This document shows positions 1-11,600 of a DNA stretch of 64,000 bases, piece by piece. A program made the translations under genes and the position numbers. The notes below the pieces were generated by a model. It was not told the DNA's origin. It saw only the letters and a program-made list of their open reading frames with translations, and did no database searches. The DNA lies in sequence record NC_027364.1; one strand, 5' to 3'. Numbering within the stretch: position 1 is the first letter of the stretch; each line of letters begins with the position of its first letter.

Positions 1-19
1 GAAGCGTACAATAAAGAAT

Positions 20-232
20 CTACCTTTTTATATATTTGGGTCTGCATTGTATCTCCATTTTCAAGGACCATATGAGCTTATCAACGCATTGATCCTGTGC
101 TATTGTCCCTAGATAAAATAATACATCAAAATCTGATATTTTGATATTAAAAGGATCGGTGTGTACATTTTTAATAAACTCCCTGTACTTCATTTCATAT
201 GCATTAGGTATATTCTTATATGTCAATTTCAA
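20..232 (-). CDS. Small LGT-motif family protein (outlying member of the 1.5-7.9 kb array family)
   Basis: FYLGTIAQDQCVDKLIWSLK matches the array pattern LGTxxQxxxVxxxIxxL. Confidence 0.7.
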   Translation of the reverse strand: MKLTYKNIPNAYEMKYREFIKNVHTDPFNIKISDFDVLFYLGTIAQDQCVDKLIWSLKMEIQCRPKYIKR

Positions 233-533
233 TGATCCTCCCTGACATACCTTGTATTAGCTTATCATACATATCGAGCATCACTTTTTGAATACTAATT
301 AGTACTGGCATCGTGCAAATATCAATGTCGTATACTAAGCTGTACTGGAATAATTCATCTTCCTGCATTTGTACTAAATTAGGTAAAAGATAATTGTCTG
401 CCTCTTCATCCTGGTACTTGAAATGCATAACACCATCCTTTTTGTACAAAAGAATGTCAATATCACCCAACTCTTCGGCATAACCAAATATACATATATT
501 AGATGTTTTTGCTATATTAAATTTCATCTCCAC
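216..533 (-). CDS. Hypothetical protein, EExFQYSLV-motif family
   Basis: Contains EDELFQYSLVYD; the same motif is in 831..1226, 1192..1536, 31637..32308, 46081..46743 and 60846..61442. Confidence 0.7.
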   Translation of the reverse strand: MEMKFNIAKTSNICIFGYAEELGDIDILLYKKDGVMHFKYQDEEADNYLLPNLVQMQEDELFQYSLVYDIDICTMPVLISIQKVMLDMYDKLIQGMSGRIIEIDI

Positions 534-769
534 CTCTCTCCGTCAGCACAAGAGTACTGGTACGTTGTCGTTAGGGTAGGGACCATGTTCGTAATGGGCA
601 TGTTGTTAACAATAACCGTAACAGGCATAAGAATCGTCTCTACTCTACTCTGTCCTGTCCTTGTGCAATTCATCTTCTGCATTTCATCTGAATCCATGAA
701 ATACAATACAAATGGTGCAATCCCAAGAACAATACACAAGACGATAAGGAAATTTAAAAAATTTAACAT
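524..769 (-). CDS. Small membrane-anchored protein with two Cys in the soluble part
   Basis: N-terminal hydrophobic helix FLNFLIVLCIVLGIAPFVLYF, then NCT...YSC; lies directly behind the promoter at 801-829. Confidence 0.65.
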   Translation of the reverse strand: MLNFLNFLIVLCIVLGIAPFVLYFMDSDEMQKMNCTRTGQSRVETILMPVTVIVNNMPITNMVPTLTTTYQYSCADGERWR

Positions 770-800
770 AATTTTCTACCCTAATGATTAACGTACAGGT

Positions 801-829
801 ACTATATCAGTAATGAAAAGTACTGTCAA
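801..829 (-). promoter_or_regulatory. sigma70-type promoter TTGACA-17-TATAGT
   Basis: Direct read of the minus strand; an AGTACT overlaps the -35 edge. Confidence 0.75.
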
Positions 830-830
830 G

Positions 831-1536
831 CTAGTATTGCACTGTTCTAATGAAAGTACCTTTACTCATGGATTTAAGCTTATGAACCTCTTCCTGTATA
901 CCCTTGATTAACCCTAAAGGTATAGGTACATCATGTACTAAGCTGTACTGAAAGTATTCTTCTTCAGATAAAGTACTAACATCTGGAACGCCAATTTTAG
1001 TTAGATAATCTTGATGTGTTGACCAATAAATTATATCTTCAGTACTATTGTACTCCCCATATACTGAACAATATTGATGAATATCTTTCCTGTACCCTTG
1101 AGCAATAAAGAACTTATCTACTGCATTACCAGCATTAATAGAATTCACTTCGATTGTCACAGTACTTGAGCTTGTATAACTCTTAATATTATCAGTACTC
1201 AACTGTGTGTTCTTCATAATCACCATTAGGCTCCTGTTTAGATTCTTTCATTAGTACTATCATCTTATGTACTAATGGCATAGGAAACTCTAAATCCCAT
1301 ACTAATGATTCCTGAAAGTATTCCTCTGGTGATAAAGTACTTAAATCTTTAATATCAACGTGCTTGTATATTTTATTTTCGTAATTAACAAATGATATAT
1401 ATAAATCACTAACATAAGAATCATAGGTAATTGTGAATGGCTTACCCTTGTAATCCATTACATCTCTACATAGACTACTTTTGATATATGTATGTTCAAA
1501 TGATTTATATACCTTGAGTTGTATATTAGTTTTCAT
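831..1536 (-). CDS. Two hypothetical proteins (831..1226, 1192..1536), EExFQYSLV-motif family
   Basis: STLSEEEYFQYSLVHD and STLSPEEYFQESLVWD near their C-termini. Confidence 0.7.
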
Positions 1537-4500
1537 ATTTCTCTTTATTAGCTTGTTTGGTTTTATAGTGAATTAAATCTATTAATGTAATCAAGTACAA
1601 CGTCAAATAGTACTCTTGTTGATCTGTACCTAATGATACAAAGAACTTGTGCTCATAGATTAAAACCTGTTTCTCTTCAAATGGACATTTAATCCTCTGT
1701 ATAGGCTTAAGTAAATGATAGTACTTATTAAATCTATGATACATTTCTAGTTCTGTCAGTACTTTCATATTAAACATGTACTCCATTAGCAGTAGCATCA
1801 CGTAAAGCTGTCAAATACTTCTGTACGGCTTGCTCTTGCTTATTTGTACCTAAAAGTATATACATCCATAATTCACTGTAATGTACATCTTGTGTATAAG
1901 GGTTGTTGTAACTTTTTGATAATATAGCATCAAATTCAGATGCATGAACCCTTGTGAACTTAAGAATATCTTGTTGTGTTATGATTCTCATATCTTTTCC
2001 TGAACTATCTGCATAAGAATCCCTATGTGTGAATTAACAGTTCTCTCTTGATGCTGTGTTCCTAAGAGTGTCAGTACTATCATCTCTGAACGCAAAAGAT
2101 TTTTTTCAAGTTCACTTATATCAGTTCTTGAATCAAGTGCCATATATTTGTGATTATTCTTCCTGAATAGTGCCAAGTACTCTTGATTTGATATTTCCTT
2201 CATAGTTTATTCCTGATGCCATTTAAAAGTGCTCTAATATGCTCATTGACAAATCGCTCTTGGGAATCTGTTCCTAGAGTGAGTAGCAATCTTAAATCTG
2301 AACTTTTGATGTGATATTCTAAATCATTCTTTGATTCTTGCATCAGTTTCTTAAAGGATGAGAAGTTTGCAGCCATTAGTTCAATGTATTCTGCTGTTCC
2401 TAGGGGTTTGTGTGTGTGCTGTCTGTGCATTTTAATTGTATTACCCTTTTGAGTGTATTAATGTAATTATACACATTGGCTTCTTGATAGTTTGTTCCTA
2501 GAGTAGCTTGAACGTAGATTTCATTTAACTTAATAATTTTATCAGTATCTGGAAGTTTTGATGTGTTAATGGCAAATAACTTCGAAAACAGTCCATTTAT
2601 GATTGTTAGGTATTCTACTTCGGTAATGATTCGCATTTGCATTGGATAAACCTTTTTAGTTCATTGATGTAATCATTAATATTGCATTCTTGATAGTTAG
2701 TCCCTAGTGTAGCTTGAACATAGATTTCACTTACTAGAATACTTATTTCATCATCTGGTAATTTCATGCTTTTTGTTATAAACAGCTTTAGAATTAAACT
2801 ACTTAATAGTTGGTTGTATTCTGTGGGTGAAATGATTTTCATTTGCATTTGCATTTTCTCAGTACTGATTCTTTAAGTTCATTAATGTAGCACTCTACAT
2901 ATTCTTCTTGTAGGTTTGTTCCGATATGTAACAGTACTCTTAAATCTGCTCTCAGTACTTCTTTGTCATCTTCATCTATATCAGACAGTGTTATGTTTAA
3001 GAATTTACTTGAACTCTCTATAAGTAATATTACTGAATCACCTTTGCTTAAAATTTTCATAATCTCTTTTTGCTTTCCTCGCCAAAAGGTACATATACGA
3101 TTCTTCGTATTGTGCTTGGAAGTTTGTGTTTAAGAGTCGAAACAACTTCTGTTCTGCTAGAACGAGTTGCTTATCTTCATAACAACGGTAGCGTATCAAC
3201 TTTTTGTATTCGATGTTGATTACATCCATTACTATAAGTCCATGTTCATCATCTGTCAAGTGTTTCATGCATTTTTTCTTTTTCTTATATGTTTAGTTAA
3301 AAGGTATATTAGTTTTCTGATGTATTCTTCCTGATAGTTTGTTCCTAGGAGTGCAAGAAGTTTTGCTTCAACTAAAGCTAATTGACGTTCTTCGAATGTG
3401 TGTTCCAGTATGTACTTGGGGTTTGATTTTTTAGAAATTGCACTATTAGTTTTCATTACAATCGTATGATATTCATTAACTGTTAGGATTTTTAAATTCT
3501 TGAGCATGTATCTTTTCCTTTATAGAGAATTTAAGATATCGAAGCATACTTTCAATGTAATACTCTTGTCTGTCAGTGCCAAGAAAGTACATGAGTTGAA
3601 TGTATAAAACTTCTGCACTCCTTTCGGCATGTGACTTGTTTGTGTCGTTTGGAAGTTGATTTGTAAGTTTTCTGGATTTAATTAGTCGTTCTTTTAACTC
3701 ATCGTCTGTTAAGTATTTCATTTGCATTTACTTTTTCCTTAATAGTGATTTTAAGATATCTAATCATACGTGCAACATATTCCTCTTGTCTATCAGTTCC
3801 AAGAAGGTATGGTAGTGATTGGAATAAAACTTCTGCACTCCTTTCGGCAGGGGTTTGGTTTAGGTCAATTGGACGTTTATTGGTATATCTCTTGGCACGA
3901 ACTAATCTCTCGACGTATTCATTATAGGTTAAGTATATCATTTCATTTTGCATTTACATTCTCTCATGTACATCCTGGGTTAAAAGATCAATCCAGATTT
4001 CCACATATCGTTGTTGGTGTTGCGTCCCTAATAGTACACCCAACTTAGCTTCACACTCTAATAACAATCTGGTTTTGTATGGTAGACTTTGGAATCCTAT
4101 AGTAGCATCTAATTTGGTAATTGCATAGTTGATTCGGATGAATCTTTCTTGCAATGTGATGTTGATCATTTCTTAGTACACCTCAGTGGTTGGGTCATTT
4201 GATGAAAGTACAGCTTACCTCTGATTTCCAGTAGCAACTCCGCGATTAAGCGATTTACTTCTGTATCTTGATAGTTTGTTCCTAAGAATACACCCATCTT
4301 TAACTCACGCATCATAATCATTTTCTTACTGTGTTGAATTTCTGGGTTGTGATAGATTGTATTACGTTTGTGCGTAATTTTTGTCATACGCTCGGTATAT
4401 TCATCTTTACTTAAATTGATCATTTGCATGTTAATTACCCTTACATTTATTTTCAATACTATTCTTTAGTTTGTAGATATAGTTTTCTTCCAATGTATCT

Positions 4501-7500
4501 CTTAAGTGCGATTATGTATTCATCTACATAATACTCCTGATAGTTTGTTCCTATGAATGCACCCACCTTTAACTCAAGTTTCATAATCATCTTATTTCCG
4601 TGTTTAATGACTTCTCCGTGATGGATTTCATTAAGTCCAGGTGCAATTTTTACCAGGCGTTCTTTATATTTTGCTTGAGATAATTTAATCATTTTCATGT
4701 TAATTACCCTTACATTTATTTTCAATACTATTCATGAGTTCTATAAGATAGTTTTCTACCTTACCTTCCTGATAGTTAGTCCCTAGGAAGTTGCACAACA
4801 CGGCTTCTATGATTTTGATTTTCCTGATATCAGGCTTCAATCTTTTGTTATTGAATATTTGAATCCTTATATCTCTGGATGCATTTAAACGTTTTTGATA
4901 TTCATGGTAAGTTAAATTAATCATTTTCATTTACGTTTAACCTCTCGCTGGAGGGCATCAATTAACATCAGTACAGCATTCTCTTGATAGTTTGTTCCTA
5001 AGACTGAAAGCATCTTTATCTCATTTACTAAAATCAACTTCTTTGAGGGTTCAATAATGTGACTATCATAAACGGCCTTACGTGCTGGATAAGTTTTCGC
5101 CAGTATAACATAAAATTCGTCTTTACTTAAATTAATCATTTGCATTTACTTTTAACCTCTTTCTGTAGAGCGTCAATCCATAGATCTACATACATTTGTT
5201 GATAGTTTGTGCCTAAGAGTGCACCTACATAGAGTTCAGTTACTAGTGCGTGCTTAAGGTTAGCTTGGATGCTCTTATCGCTTGATAAGATTTTCCTTCT
5301 GCTGGTGCATGTTTTCAGGAGTCTGATGTATTCAAAGCCTTGTAATTTTCTCATTCTTTTGATATCACCTTGTTACGTAAGGCACTTAACAATACGTCAG
5401 TGTAGATGTTTTGATAGTTTGTCCCTACGAAAGCACCCAACTTCATTTCAGCTATTATAACACATTTGTCCTCTTGTGCAATAGATTTGTTTAACACAAT
5501 ACTATACACTTTTGATTTGATAGTTTGTAACCTCCAATGATACTGATACTCATTAAGGATTATCATTCTCTTTCCTCCAGATTTCGGTTCTCATGTGTTG
5601 GCAGTGTGCTTCGATGAACATATCTATTGATTTGGCAATTGCGTTTTTATCAGTGCCTGTCATCAGTACAAGCATCTCTGCCTCACTATGAATTAAACGC
5701 ATGATATCATAGGGTAATATTTCAGATACAGTGTCATAGTGTTTCTGTGCCAGTGTCTGCAATAGTTTACAATACATTTTGTGATTTAGTCTTTGTCGCA
5801 TTGTTTATTCCATTCTTTTTTGGCTCTATGGGTTTTATATTGGATTTGGTTTCTCAATGCTGCCAGGTATCGTAGAATGAACAGTTCTTGATAGTTTGTT
5901 CCAATGAATTTCATAAGATAAACATCACCGTTGATAACATCCAATTCAGGTGCACCATGTAATGTATAGTTTTTTCTAAGGGTGTTAAGAATAGAGAAGA
6001 GGGCGGTTTGATACTCAGAGCTTGATAAAGTTTTCATATTTTTCCACAATTCGTTCATTTAGTTTTATCTGTATAAGATCCATTAGTTGTTCAAGATAAT
6101 CGGTACAATATTTCTCTTGATATTGGGTTCCCACAAAGTACAGCAACCATAGCTCATGAACTTTAACTTTCATCTCGTTCCATGAAAGTGCATCGTCATC
6201 GTAGATTACTCTTGCTTCTGGGGTGAGCTTTCGAATTCTAAGTGAATATTCATCGTTCGTCAAGTGTTTCATTTACATTTATCCCTTATTAGATTTGTGA
6301 GTGCAACTATGTGTTCATGGATATAAAAATTCTGATGAGAAGTTCCAAGAAAGTACAACATCCCTCCCTCACTCTGCTCGACTTCTAGTTTAGTATCGAG
6401 TTGGTCAGATATGTTAATGAAAACCATTAGTTCTTTTCCTTTCTTTCTATTTGTTTCATAAGAACATTGATATACTCACCCGCAAACCTATTCTGATACT
6501 GCGTCCCCATGAATTCCAACATCCATACTTCAGCAACCTTTTCTTCAATTTCAGTCCATTGTAAGTACATCATAGTGAAGTAAATGGTGTTCTCTTTTTT
6601 TCTGGCACTCTTAGCACGGGCCTCGTATTCAAAGTTATTAATGATGTTCATTACATTTGTCCATAATGTAATTCTTGAGTGCAACTATGTGTGCAATAAC
6701 ATACTCTTCCTGGAAGTTCGTCCCCAGTACAGCCATCATGCGTTTATCGGTGGTGTTTATCCTGTGTTCCCTTACACATAAACCTTCTTTGTGAGGAAGT
6801 GTAAAATATTTGTTTATTGCAGCAACGATAATTTTATTCTTCTCGGAGTTACTTAAATGTTTCATAGTTTACTCCTGATATAATTCTGAAGTGCAATTAA
6901 GTATTCCCCTACATAATACACCTGAAAGTCTGTATCAAGGAATGCACCCATAAGTAAATCTTTTTCTAATACCCTTGATAAGTTAAGGTCTGCATTTGAA
7001 AGGTATATAAGTAAGATTTCACCCTGTGCGGAATTGAAACGTTTCTTATATTCTTCTGGTGTTAAAAAAATCATAATTTGCTCCTGATATATTTCTCAAG
7101 AGATGACAAATACTTTTCCTCATAATACTTCTGATAGTCTGTTCCTAAGAATGCACCCAATAGTATATCATTTTCCAATACCTCGGCTAAGTTTAAATCA
7201 GAAGTCTCTTCGTATATTATGAGGATTTCAAGTTGTCTGGCAGCGATGCGTTCAGTATATTGATATGAGTTTTCTATAATAATCATAATTTACTCTTTAT
7301 ATCTTGAATTAAAAATCGAATCCATTCTTCAACATAATCTTCCTGATGGTTTGTGTTCAGTACAGCCAACATGCGGATCTCTGCTCTTGCAACTTCAATT
7401 TCAGTTTTAGGAAGGTCTTTGCTGATATCCACCATTAAGTCCATGTATTTCAAGATAAGACCGTATGATTGGGTTCGTGTTATAGTTTTCATTGTTTCCT

Positions 7501-7883
7501 CGTGGACAATATTTTATTTTTCAATGTATCCATATATTGAATCACCCATCTTTCCTGATAGTTAGTTCCCAAAGTAATCAAAAGGTATAACTCCATTCGT
7601 TCTACGTGTGTGTCTGTATTATAAATCTTTGTGAAGTTTTTACGTAACAGTGATTGATATTCTTCTTTATTTAAAATACGCATTTTCATAGTTTACTCGT
7701 TATATCTTCAATTAAATACCAAATCCAATCGTTGACATACCTTTCCTGAAAGTTAGTTCCAATGAATAGTGCCATAATTAATTCACGCTTATAGGCAATA
7801 CCACGGTCATGGGACTTATACATTATCATAGCCATGTTATTGATAAGTCTTTCGTGGTGCTGTTCTTTAGTTAAAATACGCAT
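1526..7883 (-). CDS. Tandem array of 29 paralogous 52-96 aa proteins with a (L/F/I)GT(N/D/Q)(Y/F/H)QE motif
   Basis: The motif is visible in every consecutive ORF from 1526..1801 to 7686..7883 (most divergent: 5553..5801). Many junctions are overlapping ATGA stop/starts. One promoter upstream at 7918-7946. Confidence 0.9.
6269..6427 (-). CDS. 52-aa array member missed by the ORF track
   Basis: Manual translation MVFINISDQLDTKLEVEQSEGGMLYFLGTSHQNFYIHEHIVALTNLIRDKCK; fills the gap exactly and has an ATGA overlap. Confidence 0.8.
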   Translation of the reverse strand: MVFINISDQLDTKLEVEQSEGGMLYFLGTSHQNFYIHEHIVALTNLIRDKCK

Positions 7884-7917
7884 AGGATAAAATCCATAGG
7901 TTCATATGTGAAAAAAC

Positions 7918-7946
7918 ATCATACCCCATGTGAGGCATGATGTCAA
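7918..7946 (-). promoter_or_regulatory. sigma70-type promoter TTGACA-17-TATGAT driving the LGT array
   Basis: Direct read; ~35 bp upstream of the first array ATG. Confidence 0.8.
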
Positions 7947-7969
7947 GATGTTTTGTTCATATAAATGCA

Positions 7970-8335
7970 TTATACTTCAAATGAAATATTCCCAGTAGCA
8001 CGTGAGTCTTTACAATTCTCAATAGTAGTACATCCCAATTTTTGTATTTCACGTACCAATTCAATAGGAAGTTTAAAATCCCATTTCTTCGCTTCTTTTG
8101 CGAACGCTTTCTCGGACAGTACAACTAAGTTTTTTATACGAATCAATGAATAGATATCTGCATATTGATTTTCATCAATAGAAAATACCATTTCGTTATT
8201 GTTGCTAACAACTGATACAAGGGTGTCAGGTGCTTCAGTGATATCAGCAATGAATGATTTTATAGTAGATGTAGGTTTAAAAAACAACCATTCTACATTA
8301 AAGGAAGTACCACATTTATTAGATGATGGATTCAT
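7970..8335 (-). CDS. Hypothetical protein
   Basis: 121-aa ORF with a GAGG RBS upstream; no recognisable motif. Confidence 0.6.
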   Translation of the reverse strand: MNPSSNKCGTSFNVEWLFFKPTSTIKSFIADITEAPDTLVSVVSNNNEMVFSIDENQYADIYSLIRIKNLVVLSEKAFAKEAKKWDFKLPIELVREIQKLGCTTIENCKDSRATGNISFEV

Positions 8336-8618
8336 AGTTCGGTGACCTCTAAAGTTGAGTTAATGTAACTAACATATAAAATATGAATGAAATATAATAT
8401 AGACTATATATTATCAGAATTATATAAAAAGTCAAGCCCCTATCACTCCTTTTTTCGAAGTCGCTAAGGTTACCCGCCCTTTAGCCCCCTACGCATTTTG
8501 CCATAGTCCAATCCCTTTTATTTCAAAAAAGTCAAGGGATTACCTATGCATTTTTTTAACGCATAATTTTAAAAACGCCTTGACTTTTTTCTGAATCAGT
8601 ACTAGATCCCTTTACGCA

Positions 8619-11600
8619 TTAATCCTTCGTTACGCTAACGATTATCTGTGTATCCCCGTAGTCCTGCCATACTTCCACGCCATCGGTCGCCCTGGTTAGT
8701 CGTGCTGTCATCTGCTTAATGGTCTTAGGCTTTAGTGGAACCTGTTGCAGTACTGTACGCATAGCATCATTGACGTTATCATGTACGCCTGCAATAGTAC
8801 CTAGAACGCTGTATACTGTATAGAACATATGTATGTACTCCTGATATAGTTAAGGCCGCTACAAGGCGGCCTATGATGTTTGGTGATGTGTAACGCTTAC
8901 AGTCCTAAGATAGTGCGTGCTTCGTTACGTTCCGTACACAGCTGCATGATGTGAGCAAGTAAGTCCTTGCTAATGTATCCGTTGTCCATAGCTTCACGGA
9001 TAGATACATCATAAGCACCGAACCCCGTGCGAACGATACGCACATCATTCAGGTTAGTATTATAGATACCGCCGAGATCAACGGCTTCGAATACTACATC
9101 AACAGAATATTCATTGTTGCCATCGTGGAAGTTTTCCAGTGCAATAGTATTGGATACCGCCCAACGTTTGCAGTTTCCAATGATGCGGCACTGTTCCGGT
9201 TGGATAGTGCCATTACTTACAGCGTACTCCAGTGCATCTTTACCGAAAGTCCGAGCCAGTACTAAAACGTCAGCGAAGGAATTGATTGAGAAGGTCATGA
9301 TAAAACTCCTTAATTTAGGAGGGAGAACCATTTCCCCCTCTCTATGTAAAACATTATACTTGATTCTAAGTACTATGCAAGTACTTTTTACATTTTAATT
9401 CCTGGATTCAGGTAACGGTGAGATCCATATTCTGGATAGGTTTCGTTCCAGTACTGTAAATCGATAGTACCTTTCGCGTTAATCTTGTCTACCAGCTTAT
9501 TCATCTTAGCGTATACTACGTCAGCATCGATGCGTTTAAAGCCAGTAGCTTTAGTGAAGTAGTAGTGATTTGCTTCACTATCATTAAGGATATACCGAGC
9601 ACCGTTTGCAGTCTGTGCGATAATGATTGAGTATTCTACTTCCCGATCCAGACCGTCGATGAATACAGATGAAACATTGGTACGGATGAAAGCTTTAACG
9701 ATAGCGATTGAAGTACTCATTTTGAATCTCCTAACTTTGTGGGCCGTCGCACCATTGCCGCCCTACGAGATACATTATTGCAGTACTGATATACTTTGTC
9801 AATACTTTTTTATTAATAGTTTTAGTTCCACCAGCAGATAGTTACTCACCGTTATTAACTATATATTTTGGATACACTTATGCACCCTGTGGGCTGATTT
9901 GTTTCTATGCGTATATAATAGCAAAGGGACTGACCGGAGTCAATCCCTTTTTTATTCTTTTTTGTTAGATGATTCTCCAATCATCAACGATCATGGTAAG
10001 ATACCGAACCAGTGATTCGAGTGATTCGTGTTCTCGATAGTCTGCCGCACCGCCAGCGGTACAAGTACAGCCGATTAAGCCGTTTTGCAATTCCTTAATC
10101 TGTACATCGATAAGGTTGGCTTTAGCTTCTTTCAGTACTTCAACCAGGGCGAGAGCGATAGACATAATGTTTTACTCCAAACTATTGGCGGGAGAACTAT
10201 TCCCCCGCTCTATGTAAAACATTATACATTACTGGTTAGTACTGTCAAATAGTTTTTATGAAATATCTTCGATGTAGTCGGCCCATTTCATTTTTTCAGT
10301 ACTGTCAATGGCTACCGGATTATTTGGATCAAACCATTCACCATTACCGCAATACATACCAACGGCTACGGTTTTATAGCCATCCTGGGCCGTACACCAC
10401 GACATTGCACGATAGATATGGCCTTTAACTGGTTGCAGTACTGGTAACGTTTTATGGTCTTCTACGTAGGCCATAGCTTGAGGATTTACCCGATATTGTG
10501 TGAATTGTTCCATTATGTTTCCCCTTGTAGTTAGTAAAGTTATTACATCAGTACTATCAAGCTATGTCAATAGTACTGAAATAAAACTTTTAGATTAGAT
10601 TATTGAGGCCGTCAATGGTAGACTCACTTTCTTCTTTCTCCCATTGTCGGTAGTACTTCCATGCTTCATGATAGGTGGCGATTAGTTCATCTTTTTGATC
10701 CTGGTTACATGCCAGTACTGAATCACGGTGAGCGGTGTTATAGATAGAATCGAATGATTTCTTCTCTTCTGCCAGGTTAGCTACTTCCCGCATCAGTTCA
10801 TCAAAGTTAGCCATTTTATTACTCCTTTTAGTGGGGGAGGATATCTCCCCCTATGCAAAACATTATACTTTGTTTTAGTTATTATGCAAGTACTTTTTTC
10901 ATATAAACATTAAATTCTACACCGCCGTAACCTTCCACGATGATATGTTTTGCGTTATCACGTTTGCACATAGTGAAACCATCGTTTACGTGTTTTGCAT
11001 TTTCCAGGGCGACATCACCGATAGCGGCACATACAGCACTAATAACGATATTCCGCAAAGTACTGGTATCATTAGCGGTCATAGTAGTTTGCATGATTAC
11101 GTTGTCGTATACGTGTGCATTGATAGTGATTTCGATAGTGTTCATGGTGTATCTCCTGGACTGGCGGGAGAACTATTCCCCCGCTCTATGTAAAACATTA
11201 TACGTTAATCTAACTACAATGCAAGTACTTTTTAAATTTTATTTCCGATATAGTCTGGCCTGTTCTTTTCGGTCATACGCTTAAGCATTTTTTGCATATG
11301 GCTTATTGCTTGTAGTGTATCCTCTTCCAGGGATGAATCGAGATAATCAGGATCATTCTTCACCTTGCAATGATTATGATAGCGTAGTACTGCCAGTACT
11401 TTTTTAACTTCTTCAACTGTCATAATAAGTACTCCACTTCGTTAGCTTTCAGGTTAGTATCAATCATCAATGGTTTTTTGTAGTTCACAAAACGATTAGT
11501 TTTTTCGATAGCGAATCCCATATAATCCAGCTTACTAACAGTACATTCATTCTTAAAAACTTCTTTCGCTGCATCGATGGCTGATTGCATGGATAACCGA

